A stretch of DNA of 64,000 nucleotides from an uncultured Bifidobacterium sp. (GTDB lineage Bacteria > Actinomycetota > Acidimicrobiia > Acidimicrobiales > Ilumatobacteraceae), in the NCBI GenBank assembly GCA_964432845.1, contig CAYSPE010000003.1:7422-71421 (forward strand), given 5' to 3'. Of this stretch, positions 15,655 through 24,670 are shown one piece after another. The notes beneath the pieces are model-generated. The model worked only from the letters and a program-made list of their open reading frames with translations, was not told the DNA's origin and made no database searches. Positions within the stretch are counted from its first letter, which is position 1; every line of letters begins with the position of its first letter. A program made the translations under genes and the position numbers.

Positions 15655-17625
15655 TTAGAAGTCGAGGTTGCGCACGTCGCGTGCGTTGGTAACGATGAAG
15701 TTCTTGCGACTTTCCACGTCGTCACCCATGAGAACGCTGACTACTTCATCTGCAAGTGCTGCTTCTTCAACAGTGACTTGCAACAGTGTGCGTGTCATGG
15801 AGTCCATGGTGGTGCTCTTTAGTTCTTCCCAGTCCATTTCTCCGAGACCCTTGAGGCGTTGGAACTCTTTCTTATGGTTGGGCTTCTCTTCAAGGAATGC
15901 TGCTTTTGCAACGTCGTCTTTGAGATACACCTTTTCTTTGCCCACTTCTGTTGAGTACAGAGGTGGTTGCGCAATGTAGATGTACCCAGCTTCCACCATG
16001 GGACGCATTTGTCGGTAGAAGAACGTGAGCAACAACGTACGAATGTGGCTGCCGTCGACATCGGCGTCGGCCAAGGCGATGATCTTGTGATAGCGCGCTT
16101 TGGTGACGTCGAACTCGTCGCCTACTCCACCACCGATAGCGGTGATGAGTGCTTGAATTTCGTTGTTCTTCAACATTTTGTCGAGACGTGCACGTTCAAC
16201 GTTGAGGATTTTTCCACGAATAGGAAGAATTGCTTGCGTGCGTGGATCGCGCGCATCAACGGCGGTGCCGCCAGCAGAGTCACCTTCCACGATGAACAAT
16301 TCGCTCTCTTCGGCCTTGCTGCTTGAACAGTCTTTCAACTTGTCGGGCATGCCTGCACCAGCAAGTGCGGTTTTGCGACGCACTGCGTTTCGAGCATTTT
16401 TTGCTGCGAGACGAGCTTGTGCTGCAGCAACTGCCTTCTTGACAACTTTGTTTGCCTCGGTGGGGTTTTCTTCAAACCATTCAGCGAGATATTTGTTGGT
16501 GGACTTTTGTACGAACGAGCGCATGGGTACGTTGCCCAATTTGGCTTTCGTTTGTCCTTCAAACTGAGGTTCACGCAACTTCACAGCAACGATGGCCGTG
16601 ATTCCTTCGCGAATATCTTCGCCAAGAAGGTTGTCGTCTTTTTCTTTCAGCAGATTCTTTTCACGCGCGTACTTGTTCATGACAGAAGTAAGCGCTGTCT
16701 TGAAGCCTTCAACGTGCATACCGCCCTCAGTGGTGGAAATACCATTGGCGTATCCGTGAATACCCTCGTAATAACCGGTGTTCCACTGAATGGCGATGTC
16801 GAGTTGCATGCCCTCTTCTTCGTCTTCGTCTTCAAAAGAGGCAACCTTGTTGAACAAGGCTTCCTTTGATTGATTGAGATGTTTCACGAAGTCGGTGATG
16901 CCGCCTTTGAACTGATAGGTGACGCTTTGCTCTTTGCCTTCGCGCTCATCGGCGAACACCACTTCAAGGTTCTTGTTAAGGAAGGCCATCGTTTGCAAGC
17001 GCTCCATAACAGTGCGCGCAACGAACTCGATTCCTTCTGAAGCAAAGATGGTGGGGTCTGGATAGAAGGTGACAGACGTGCCGGTCTTGCGACCGCGTGC
17101 TGGTGTTTTTCCTTCTTTCTTGATTTTGTCTTTTAGCTTTCCGCCATTTTCGAAAGACATGGTGTAGCGGTCGCCATCGCGATCAATTTCCAGCAACACC
17201 TTGGTGGACAATGCGTTCACAACGGAAACGCCCACACCGTGGAGACCACCGGACACCTTGTAACCCTCGCCGCCGAACTTGCCACCTGCGTGCAAAACGG
17301 TGAGCACTACTTCAGCTGCGCTCTTGCCTTTGTGTGGTCCGGATGGATAGGGATCAACGGGAATACCGCGACCGTTGTCGTCAACACGGCAGCCACCATC
17401 GGCTAACAGTGTGACTCCGACGCGGTCGCAAAAACCCGCCATTGCTTCGTCGACTGCGTTGTCGACTACTTCCCAGATGAGGTGGTGGAGACCGGCGAGA
17501 CCTGTTGACCCGATGTACATACCGGGTCGCTTACGTACGGGATCAAGACCTTCAAGAACCTGAATGTCTTTCGCGCCGTAGTCAGCAGATGGGTTCTTCG
17601 CCGAAGCTTTTTTTGATTCTGCCAT
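15655..17625 (-). CDS. gyrB: DNA gyrase subunit B
   Basis: 656 aa. GHKL ATPase motifs (LEGLDPVRKRPGMYIGST, GGLHGVG) and a Toprim domain (EGDSAGG, PLRGKILNVE). Confidence 0.97.
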   Translation of the reverse strand: MAESKKASAKNPSADYGAKDIQVLEGLDPVRKRPGMYIGSTGLAGLHHLIWEVVDNAVDEAMAGFCDRVGVTLLADGGCRVDDNGRGIPVDPYPSGPHKGKSAAEVVLTVLHAGGKFGGEGYKVSGGLHGVGVSVVNALSTKVLLEIDRDGDRYTMSFENGGKLKDKIKKEGKTPARGRKTGTSVTFYPDPTIFASEGIEFVARTVMERLQTMAFLNKNLEVVFADEREGKEQSVTYQFKGGITDFVKHLNQSKEALFNKVASFEDEDEEEGMQLDIAIQWNTGYYEGIHGYANGISTTEGGMHVEGFKTALTSVMNKYAREKNLLKEKDDNLLGEDIREGITAIVAVKLREPQFEGQTKAKLGNVPMRSFVQKSTNKYLAEWFEENPTEANKVVKKAVAAAQARLAAKNARNAVRRKTALAGAGMPDKLKDCSSSKAEESELFIVEGDSAGGTAVDARDPRTQAILPIRGKILNVERARLDKMLKNNEIQALITAIGGGVGDEFDVTKARYHKIIALADADVDGSHIRTLLLTFFYRQMRPMVEAGYIYIAQPPLYSTEVGKEKVYLKDDVAKAAFLEEKPNHKKEFQRLKGLGEMDWEELKSTTMDSMTRTLLQVTVEEAALADEVVSVLMGDDVESRKNFIVTNARDVRNLDF

Positions 17626-17657
17626 GGCTCAAACAGACTACTTCTTGGGTGGTGTCG

Positions 17658-17981
17658 TTATCGGGAACGTCGCACTTTCACGTCAAGAGAATCCACTTCG
17701 TCTCCCGCTTTTGTTCGCAATGTGGACAACAACTGTGCTTCGAGGAATTTCAGTTGCGTTGCCCATGCTGGATCATCAACCTCAACCGTGAGAACTCTTT
17801 TTTCGAGCCGCTTCGGAGTGACATGGTCTGCGATGGTGTCACCCACGATGTCGCGCCATTGCGAAAAAAGACCCATCGAACTGCTGCTGTCGGAGACCTT
17901 CATTCGCTGTAAGACCTTGTTCAGCACCTCACCTAATTGCCGAGGTGCACGATTGGCCGAGGAGTTACGTGAGTCACTCAT
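17658..17981 (-). CDS. dciA: DUF721/DciA-family protein (putative replicative helicase operator)
   Basis: ORF 17658..18074. The ATG at 17981 overlaps the recF stop (ATGAGTGA). It sits at the conserved recF-gyrB position (Rv0004 equivalent) and carries the LTVEVDDPAWATQL motif. Confidence 0.8.
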   Translation of the reverse strand: MSDSRNSSANRAPRQLGEVLNKVLQRMKVSDSSSSMGLFSQWRDIVGDTIADHVTPKRLEKRVLTVEVDDPAWATQLKFLEAQLLSTLRTKAGDEVDSLDVKVRRSR

Positions 17982-19086
17982 TGTTCGCACCCTTGTCCAC
18001 ATCCTGTGACGACACGATGGCGCCACCCGCAATATGAACAATGCTGTCGGGGTGAGCCGCGGTGGGCAACTCATGGGCGGTAGTAATCACTACCTGTCCC
18101 TCGGGCATGTGACGCAACAGTGCCTCACATCGATACGGATCTAGTTCGGACAACACATCATCGAGCACTAAAAGTGGTGCTGTACCCACCACTTCGGTGA
18201 CTAATCGGTGAATTCCCAGGCGCAGAGCGAGCGCCAACGTGCGACATTCCCCCTGAGAGGCGTGGGTTTTGGCTGGCATGCCCTTGATATGAAGGCCGAC
18301 ATCGTCGCGATGGGGCCCCACCGAACTGATCCCCCGGCGTAGGTCCTCGTGGCGGGCTTCGGCTAACGCCGTTGCCAAGCCCAATCGCCGCCATTCGGGT
18401 TCGTACACCACGTCGACCGCCGTGGGTTCCGTGGCTAGGTCTTCATATGCCTCTCGAACAAACGGAGATAGCCGAGCCACCAATTTGGCCCGGGCCTCCC
18501 CCAATTGGGTCCCCTTTTCAACAAATTGGGCATCCCACACGTCAAGAGTCATTTCAATGTCACTGGTGAGGCGGCCATGGGATTGTTTCAACAACACGTT
18601 TCGCTGGCGGACAATACGGTCCACTTCCAAACGGAGGGCGTCATTTTTTGGAGCGAGGGCCACCAGGGCATCGTCCAACAAATCGCGCCGGGTTGAAGGT
18701 CCTTCGTACACCACTTGTAAATCGGTGGGTGCGAACACTGTGGAGCGCATGACTCCCAACAAATCGCGCGACCGTGCTAATCGCTGTTTGTTCACCAACA
18801 CCCGGTTTCGGCCGGCTCGATTGATTTCGGCTTCCACCAAAATTTCTCGTCCGTCATCATGTTCAATCCACGCACGCACATATGCGGTGTCGGCACCTGT
18901 TCGAACGAGCGCATCATTTTGTACACCGCGGAAACTGCGCAATGTTGACAAATAACTCATCGCTTCTGCGAGCGAAGTTTTCCCTTGAGCGTTGCGACCA
19001 ATGATTGCAGTGACGCCGGGATTCAATTCAATAACTTCGTGTTTATACACACGAAAGTCGGTGAGTTCAATGCGTCGAATCACCAC
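17974..19086 (-). CDS. recF: DNA replication and repair protein RecF
   Basis: ORF 17974..19197. GTG at 19086 lies 1 nt after the dnaN stop and gives VVIRRIELTDFR. Walker A GRNAQGKTS and signature SQGECRTLALAL are present. Confidence 0.93.
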   Translation of the reverse strand: MVIRRIELTDFRVYKHEVIELNPGVTAIIGRNAQGKTSLAEAMSYLSTLRSFRGVQNDALVRTGADTAYVRAWIEHDDGREILVEAEINRAGRNRVLVNKQRLARSRDLLGVMRSTVFAPTDLQVVYEGPSTRRDLLDDALVALAPKNDALRLEVDRIVRQRNVLLKQSHGRLTSDIEMTLDVWDAQFVEKGTQLGEARAKLVARLSPFVREAYEDLATEPTAVDVVYEPEWRRLGLATALAEARHEDLRRGISSVGPHRDDVGLHIKGMPAKTHASQGECRTLALALRLGIHRLVTEVVGTAPLLVLDDVLSELDPYRCEALLRHMPEGQVVITTAHELPTAAHPDSIVHIAGGAIVSSQDVDKGANNE

Positions 19087-19087
19087 A

Positions 19088-20176
19088 TCAGATCTTGCGC
19101 GGCATGAGCAAGTGCAAGTACGACTCGTTACCGACAGTGCGAATAATTGCTGGGCTCTTTGGTTGACTTGTAGCAATTTCCACTTCTTCTCCGCCACACG
19201 CGTCTACTGCGCTCGCAAGAAAATCAGAGTTGAATGCAACCGTGATGTCTTCGCCTGAGAATTGTGCGTCGACATCTTCAACACTTGTTGATCCGTCGGT
19301 GAGTTGAACAGTAAGGCGAATACCTTCATCGGACATCCGCACGCGAACCGGAGTCATTTCTGATGCAAGCACGCGTGTACGTCGTAATGCATCGAGAAGT
19401 TCTTCACGATTAACAACTGCTTTGTTGGTGTTGTTCTTCGGAATGATGGAGTTGTACGGAGGATAATCAGAGTTGATGAGTCGAGTGGTCAACGTCATCT
19501 TTGGCGACTGGAACGTTGCGTCAAGTTCGTTGAAGCGAACAGAGATTTCATCACTCATATCCAACAAACGAACAAGTTCTGCCAATGCTCGTGCAGGAAT
19601 AAGGAACTCTGATCCGGGAGTTCCGGCTGGGCCAGCGAGCTCGCGCTTTGCCATGCGGTAACCATCGGTTGCAACTAAACGAATTCCGTTTTCTGTTGAC
19701 GCAAGTAATACAGCCGAAAGATGCAACTTCAACGGGTCGGTGCTGGCTGCTTGCACTACTTGTGCGAGAGCTGCTTTGAACTCAGACGACTGAATAGTGA
19801 CTGCTTCTCCTGTTGATGGAGATGTGCGCTGAAAGTCTGTGGCGTTCAAGGTAGGAATGGTGAATTGTGATCGTTGCGCCGAAATAGTTGCATTGTCACC
19901 AGCAAACTCGACGGTGATTTTTCCAGAAGGCATCACCTTGACGATGTCGTTGATCATGCGGGCGCTGACAAGACCTTGCCCGTCGGTGTCACCACCGACA
20001 TTGAGTGTGAACTGCAATGTGATGTCGTTGTCTGAACTAGTGAGCACCAATGTGTCGCCGGTGAGCAACATGCGTACACCAGAAAGAGCCGGGGTTCCTG
20101 CGTTTCGAGATGACGCAATACGAGCAAGAGCTCCGAGAGCTTCGGCAAGTTCTCCTTGTTCGCTTCTGAACTTCAT
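19088..20176 (-). CDS. dnaN: DNA polymerase III beta sliding clamp
   Basis: 362 aa with the typical three-domain clamp pattern, in the dnaA-dnaN-recF order. Confidence 0.95.
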   Translation of the reverse strand: MKFRSEQGELAEALGALARIASSRNAGTPALSGVRMLLTGDTLVLTSSDNDITLQFTLNVGGDTDGQGLVSARMINDIVKVMPSGKITVEFAGDNATISAQRSQFTIPTLNATDFQRTSPSTGEAVTIQSSEFKAALAQVVQAASTDPLKLHLSAVLLASTENGIRLVATDGYRMAKRELAGPAGTPGSEFLIPARALAELVRLLDMSDEISVRFNELDATFQSPKMTLTTRLINSDYPPYNSIIPKNNTNKAVVNREELLDALRRTRVLASEMTPVRVRMSDEGIRLTVQLTDGSTSVEDVDAQFSGEDITVAFNSDFLASAVDACGGEEVEIATSQPKSPAIIRTVGNESYLHLLMPRKI

Positions 20177-20460
20177 GATCCAACCTTTAACGAATTCGAC
20201 TCAGTGTATTTCGCTGCAACTAACAGAGCCGGGAAGACGTGTATATGAGTAGTAGTTGTAATAGGTGCTGTGGATTGTGGACGAAGGGTGTGTAACCCTT
20301 GCTGTTGCTGAAAACCGCATGTGAATGACAACGGGGGTGAAACCACAGGTTGCATCAGTGCAATTTGGGGTGTTGTGGAAGACACGGTGTTTGTCCCTGT
20401 GTACCCACAACTGCTCCACATGCTCATCCCCACGAGATTCACAGCCTTGTCATCCCTCTT
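20177..20460. promoter_or_regulatory. dnaA-dnaN intergenic region: candidate oriC with degenerate DnaA boxes and an AT-richer stretch
   Basis: Boxes: TGTGGATTG 20269-20277, TGTGGACGA 20276-20284, TGTGGAAGA 20374-20382, GTACCCACA 20401-20409, TGCTCCACA 20412-20420. An AT-richer segment lies around 20240-20265. Confidence 0.5.
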
Positions 20461-21822
20461 TTATGAGTTCTTGATGCGGCCGATGATGTCGGTCACCTGG
20501 TCGAAGGTTGCCTTGTCCTCGCGCATGAGGCGCTGGGTCTTGTCAACGGCGTGAATAACGGTGGTGTGGTCGCGGCCACCAAAGAGACGGGCGATGGCTG
20601 GATAACTGAGCTCTGTCATGTCGCGGAACACGGTCATGGCGATCTGACGGGCAGATACCAATGGACGCTGACGTGATTTGCCCTTGAGGGCTTCAACGGA
20701 GAACCCGAGATATCCGGCAATTTCAGTCAGCATTTCCTCGTCGGTGCGGTGCTTTGGAGCCGTTGCTGTGAGGAGGTCAGCCAATTGTTGCTCGGCCATG
20801 GCCACCGACGCTGGTTCGCGGGTGAGGTTGGCGTACGCAGTGACGCGGATGAGGGCGCCTTCAAGCTCGCGGATGTTAGAGGTGATGTTCGTGGCGATGA
20901 ACTCGAGCACGTCCGCGGGAAGCGGGGTGTTGTCACGCTCTGCCTTATTCCGAAGAATGGCGAGTCGGGTTTCAAGGTCGGGGGGCTGAATGTCCGTAAT
21001 AAGGCCCCAGCGGAATCGGCCGCGGAGGCGATCTTCCAAGGTGGGGATGGCGTCGGGCATCCGGTCAGACGAAATAACTATCTGTTTGTTCGCTCCGTGA
21101 AGGCTGTTGAAGGTGTGGAAAAACTCTTCCTGGAGACCCTCTTTTCCTTCCATGAATTGAATGTCGTCAATGAGCAAAACATCGACGTCTCGGTAGCGGC
21201 GTTTGAACGCTGCAGTGGTGTTTGTACGAATTGCGTCGACATATTCGTTGAGGAATGTCTCGGTGGAGACGTATCGAACTTCGTAGTGTGCGTAGTGCGC
21301 ATGCACGTACCAACCGATTGCTTGCAACAGATGTGTCTTTCCGAGTCCGGCTGAGCCGTAGATGAAAAGAGGGTTGTATGAACGAGCTGGAGTTTCGGCC
21401 ACACGAAGCGCAGCGGCAAGAGCGAATTGGTTAGAGGCGCCCTTCACGAAGTTTTCGAAGGTGTAACGAGGGTTGAGGCCGACCGCGTTTCCCTTGTTGT
21501 TATTGGGGTTTACAGGGTTTGTCGCCACTGTTAACTCGTCATCAATTGGTTCAGTCGCAATGGTGTCTGACTGCAAATCGCTGATCTCGATAATGAGCTC
21601 GCGATCGCTTTCGCCAATCTCATCAAGTGCGTCGATCACCATGGGGCGATAGCGAGTGACGATGCGGTCACGAATGTGAGCGTTAGGAACTTGGAGACGA
21701 AGTGAGTCATCATCGCTTGCGAGAGCAACCACGTCGTTGAATGTGGAGAACCACACTCCCTTCGTGAGTTGTTCTTTCAACAACTGTGCGGTGGCATTCC
21801 ACACCGCTTCGTGATTACTCAT
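20461..21822 (-). CDS. dnaA: Chromosomal replication initiator DnaA
   Basis: ORF 20461..21852; the ATG at 21822 has GGAGG 5 nt upstream. AAA+ Walker A GSAGLGKTHL, Walker B LLIDDIQF, and a C-terminal DnaA-box-binding domain (HTTVIHA). Confidence 0.96.
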   Translation of the reverse strand: MSNHEAVWNATAQLLKEQLTKGVWFSTFNDVVALASDDDSLRLQVPNAHIRDRIVTRYRPMVIDALDEIGESDRELIIEISDLQSDTIATEPIDDELTVATNPVNPNNNKGNAVGLNPRYTFENFVKGASNQFALAAALRVAETPARSYNPLFIYGSAGLGKTHLLQAIGWYVHAHYAHYEVRYVSTETFLNEYVDAIRTNTTAAFKRRYRDVDVLLIDDIQFMEGKEGLQEEFFHTFNSLHGANKQIVISSDRMPDAIPTLEDRLRGRFRWGLITDIQPPDLETRLAILRNKAERDNTPLPADVLEFIATNITSNIRELEGALIRVTAYANLTREPASVAMAEQQLADLLTATAPKHRTDEEMLTEIAGYLGFSVEALKGKSRQRPLVSARQIAMTVFRDMTELSYPAIARLFGGRDHTTVIHAVDKTQRLMREDKATFDQVTDIIGRIKNS

Positions 21823-21839
21823 TTGGGCCTCCAGAGCAT

Positions 21840-21924
21840 TCGTCCACAGCACAATCCACAGGGTGTGGATGACCGCCCACCACGGTGCGGTGGGAGAGAT
21901 GACCGTAGCAGGACTTGTGGATAT
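21840..21924. promoter_or_regulatory. DnaA-box cluster in the dnaA-rpmH divergent region
   Basis: Boxes: TCGTCCACA 21840-21848, CAATCCACA 21852-21860, TGTGGATGA 21864-21872, TGTGGATAT 21916-21924, followed by the AT-rich stretch ATATCTAAAATTT. Confidence 0.5.
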
Positions 21925-22102
21925 CTAAAATTTGAGACCTACATGTTGTGGTTCGAGGGTGTAGGTCCCTGAAGTCAGCCCGATTTTTGTGTCGGGAGGG
22001 GGTTTTCGGGCGTTAGTCTGTGAGTCCGTTCGTCTCGCGCCGCTGGCGCAGGAACTACACATAGACCGCGTGCTCTCCGGAGCTTGTCCCACAGGAGGCG
22101 CC

Positions 22103-22237
22103 ATGAAGCGCACCTTTCAACCAAACAATCGACGCAAGGCCCGCAAGCACGGTTTCCGTTCGCGTATGAGCACCCGCGCTGGCCGCGCCATCTTGAAGGC
22201 ACGTCGCGCAAAGGGTCGCCACAAGCTTTCCGCTTGA
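22103..22237 (+). CDS. rpmH: 50S ribosomal protein L34
   Basis: ATG at 22103 after AGGAGG. Translation [44 protein letters not shown]. Confidence 0.95.
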   Translation: MKRTFQPNNRRKARKHGFRSRMSTRAGRAILKARRAKGRHKLSA

Positions 22238-22566
22238 TCGGCCGTATCCAGAGCCGTTCCGACTTCGTTCGCATTCGCGAGCAAGGTCGTCATGTCCGCT
22301 CCGGACCTCTTTCGTGCACCATGCTTCTCGATTCGTCTCTTTCGCAACCCCATGTGGGCTATGCCCTGGGCCGCTCCTACGGTTCTGCCGTGCGCCGAAA
22401 CCGTTTGCGTCGCCAACTTCGTGAACTTGTGAAAACCCATCACAACCATATGGCTCCAGGGTTTTATGTGTTCGGCGCTTCCCCTCGCGCTGACGGCACT
22501 GCCTTTTCTGACCTTGATCGTCACCTCGGCAACTTGCTAGCAAAACTCGAGGGAGCCGCCTCATGA
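22234..22566 (+). CDS. rnpA: Ribonuclease P protein component
   Basis: The TTG at 22234 overlaps the rpmH stop (TTGA). About 110 aa, basic, with the [10 protein letters not shown] motif, at the conserved position after rpmH. Confidence 0.85.
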   Translation: MIGRIQSRSDFVRIREQGRHVRSGPLSCTMLLDSSLSQPHVGYALGRSYGSAVRRNRLRRQLRELVKTHHNHMAPGFYVFGASPRADGTAFSDLDRHLGNLLAKLEGAAS

Positions 22567-22841
22567 CCGCTATCTCCCACCAGCACGACTGCGCCGAGCA
22601 CGCCCATTTCACCAAGCCCCAACGGGCCATGCTGAAGGCCATCCGCTTCTACCAAACCGCTCGCGAGGGGTATCCATCCCCATGCCGGTTTTGGCCTTCT
22701 TGTTCTCACTACGCCGTTGAGGCCATTGAAACTCACGGTTCTGCCCGTGGTCTTTGGCTCACGGTGCGACGTCTCAGCCGTTGTCGACCATTCGGACCTT
22801 CCGGAGTCGACCCCGTCCCAGCGCCCCGGTCGGGTCGCTAA
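22563..22841 (+). CDS. yidD: Membrane protein insertion efficiency factor YidD
   Basis: ATGA overlap with rnpA. Signature CRFWPSCSHYAVEAIETHG...RRLSRCRPF. Confidence 0.85.
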   Translation: MTAISHQHDCAEHAHFTKPQRAMLKAIRFYQTAREGYPSPCRFWPSCSHYAVEAIETHGSARGLWLTVRRLSRCRPFGPSGVDPVPAPRSGR

Positions 22842-22855
22842 AGAAAGGAACCATC

Positions 22856-23794
22856 GTGTTCAACGCCGCCGCTTGGCTTATCGACACCTTCTACGGGTGG
22901 GTGCATAACTACGCCTTCGCTGTCGCTTTGGCAGCTTTGGCCATCATGCTCCTCATCACCCCGCTCACGTTGAAGAGCACCAAGGGAATGCTGGAAATGC
23001 AGCGTCTGCAGCCAGAAATGAAGAAGCTGCAGAACCAATACAAGGGTGATCGGCAGAAACTCAACGAAGAGATGATGAAGCTCTATCAGGAGCACAAAAT
23101 CAACCCACTGGCTTCCTGTCTGCCGCTCTTGGCCCAGATGCCTGTGTTCATCATCATGTTCCGCGTTCTGCGCGGCCTTACCTACATTGATCCGAAGAAC
23201 GTGGCTGCTGGTTTTGCGCCGAAGTACATCTCGAAAACATCTGATTTGTACATCGCCTTGAAGGGCCAGACCCAAATGAAGGCCTTTGGCCTGAACTTGG
23301 CCATCAGCCCCTCAGAAGCAATGAAGGACAATTTCACCAAGGGTCTCCCCTATGCGCTCCTCATTGTGGTGTTGGGCGGATTGTTCTTCATTCAGCAGCG
23401 CATGGTGGCGAGCCGCGCTGCAAACCCCACCATGTCAGCCGGTCAAGCCAAGGTGATGCAGTACCTTCCCGTGGCTTTCGCGCTGTTCCAAGTGTTCTTG
23501 CCCACCAGCCTTGTGGTGTATTACGCCACCCAGGCCATCGTGCGCATCGTGCAACAGGGCTACATCACCCGCCGTTTCTACGGTGAAGGTGGCCTTGGTC
23601 ATCAAGCACAAGCTGCCAGCGCAAAAGCTCGCGAGCTTGGCAAAGATGACACTGCTAAACCCAGCAAGCAAAAAGATGAACAGTCGCAAGCACAGGCTCC
23701 CATTCAGAGCAAGCGCGTGACCCCTGGCAAGAACAGGCCTGCCCCGAGCGGCAAGCCAACACGTCCCGTCCCGCCTAGCAAGCGAAACAAGTAA
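22856..23794 (+). CDS. yidC: Membrane protein insertase YidC
   Basis: ORF 22754..23794; GTG at 22856 after AAAGGAA. Motifs LQPEMKKLQNQYKGDRQKLNEEMMKLYQEHKINPLASCLP. The C-terminal tail is basic. Confidence 0.9.
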   Translation: MFNAAAWLIDTFYGWVHNYAFAVALAALAIMLLITPLTLKSTKGMLEMQRLQPEMKKLQNQYKGDRQKLNEEMMKLYQEHKINPLASCLPLLAQMPVFIIMFRVLRGLTYIDPKNVAAGFAPKYISKTSDLYIALKGQTQMKAFGLNLAISPSEAMKDNFTKGLPYALLIVVLGGLFFIQQRMVASRAANPTMSAGQAKVMQYLPVAFALFQVFLPTSLVVYYATQAIVRIVQQGYITRRFYGEGGLGHQAQAASAKARELGKDDTAKPSKQKDEQSQAQAPIQSKRVTPGKNRPAPSGKPTRPVPPSKRNK

Positions 23795-23832
23795 GACGCG
23801 TCTACGCGTCCCCAACAAGAAGTGAGATCACC

Positions 23833-24618
23833 ATGGAATGGGTAGAAACCACCGGCTCCACCATTGAGGAAGCCAAAGAAGCAGCACTCGAGCAATTGGG
23901 CATTCATGAAGATGATGCCGAGTTCGAAGTAGTAGAAGAACCAAAGCAGGGCCTGTTTGGTCGTACTCGCGGCGAGGCTCGTGTTCGCGCACGCGTTCGC
24001 CCCAACACACCACGCGGCAAGAACGAGCGTCGTCCTCGTCGTGAAAAGGGCAATGGCAACAACGGCGATCGTCAGCGCAACAATGGTGAGCGCCGTGAGC
24101 GCGCTCCCCGCGCTGAGCGTCCTGCACGTGAGCCTCGCGAACCACGCGAAAAGGTAGAAGTGGACCCAGCATTGGTGGGACAAGCAGCAACCGATTTCTT
24201 GTCCGGTCTTGTGTCAGCCTTTGGTACCAAGGGAACCGTGTCTGTGAACCGCGAGGCCGATGAAATCGAAGTTCGTGTCGATGGCACCGAACTTGGACTC
24301 ATGGTGGGCCCCGGCGGAGCAACTTTGCTTGCAATTCAAGACCTCACACGCGTTGCTAGCCAGCGTCGATTGGGCGACCAAGACACCCGCTTGCGCATTG
24401 ACATTGCCGGATACCGCGAGCGTCGCCGCGAGGCACTGGGCCGTTTCGCTGAGAAGGTAGCTGCAGAAGTGAAGGAAACGGGCTCAGCCCGCATGCTGGA
24501 GCCCATGAATTCAGCCGATCGCAAGATTGTCCACGACACCCTTGTCGAGTTCGAAGGTGTTACCACCCGCTCCGAAGGCGAAGATCCTCGCCGCCGAGTT
24601 GTGGTGGAACCCGCGTAA
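23833..24618 (+). CDS. jag: Jag/KhpB RNA-binding protein (Jag_N, KH, R3H)
   Basis: 261 aa. The N-terminus MEWVETTGSTIEEAKEAALEQLG is Jag_N. It has an R/E-rich linker and a C-terminal R3H (NSADRKIVHDTL). Confidence 0.85.
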   Translation: MEWVETTGSTIEEAKEAALEQLGIHEDDAEFEVVEEPKQGLFGRTRGEARVRARVRPNTPRGKNERRPRREKGNGNNGDRQRNNGERRERAPRAERPAREPREPREKVEVDPALVGQAATDFLSGLVSAFGTKGTVSVNREADEIEVRVDGTELGLMVGPGGATLLAIQDLTRVASQRRLGDQDTRLRIDIAGYRERRREALGRFAEKVAAEVKETGSARMLEPMNSADRKIVHDTLVEFEGVTTRSEGEDPRRRVVVEPA

Positions 24619-24641
24619 ACACTGAACATATACATATGAAG

Positions 24642-24670
24642 GGCCCGCCGAAAGGCGGGCCTTTTGTTTT
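24642..24670 (+). terminator. Intrinsic terminator after jag
   Basis: GGCCCGCC-GAAA-GGCGGGCC followed by TTTTGTTTT. The T-tract ends at the rsmG ATG. Confidence 0.7.

Noticed and set aside
13195-17625. Inteins in gyrA/gyrB, and likewise in dnaB at 41670-43067.
   Set aside because: Protein lengths (813, 656 and 465 aa) and uninterrupted motif order are those of intein-free versions.
17721-18001. Perfect DnaA boxes inside coding DNA (TGTGGACAA at 17721-17729 in dciA; TTGTCCACA at 17993-18001 in the recF 3' end).
   Set aside because: These are isolated single boxes within ORFs. They cannot be distinguished from chance or codon-driven occurrence without binding data, so they were not promoted to a finding.
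21989-22566. Extended N-termini of the track ORFs for rpmH (82 aa) and rnpA (160 aa).
   Set aside because: The L34 sequence begins at the ATG at 22103 after AGGAGG. rnpA starts at the TTG overlapping the rpmH stop. The longer forms run across the promoter/DnaA-box region.
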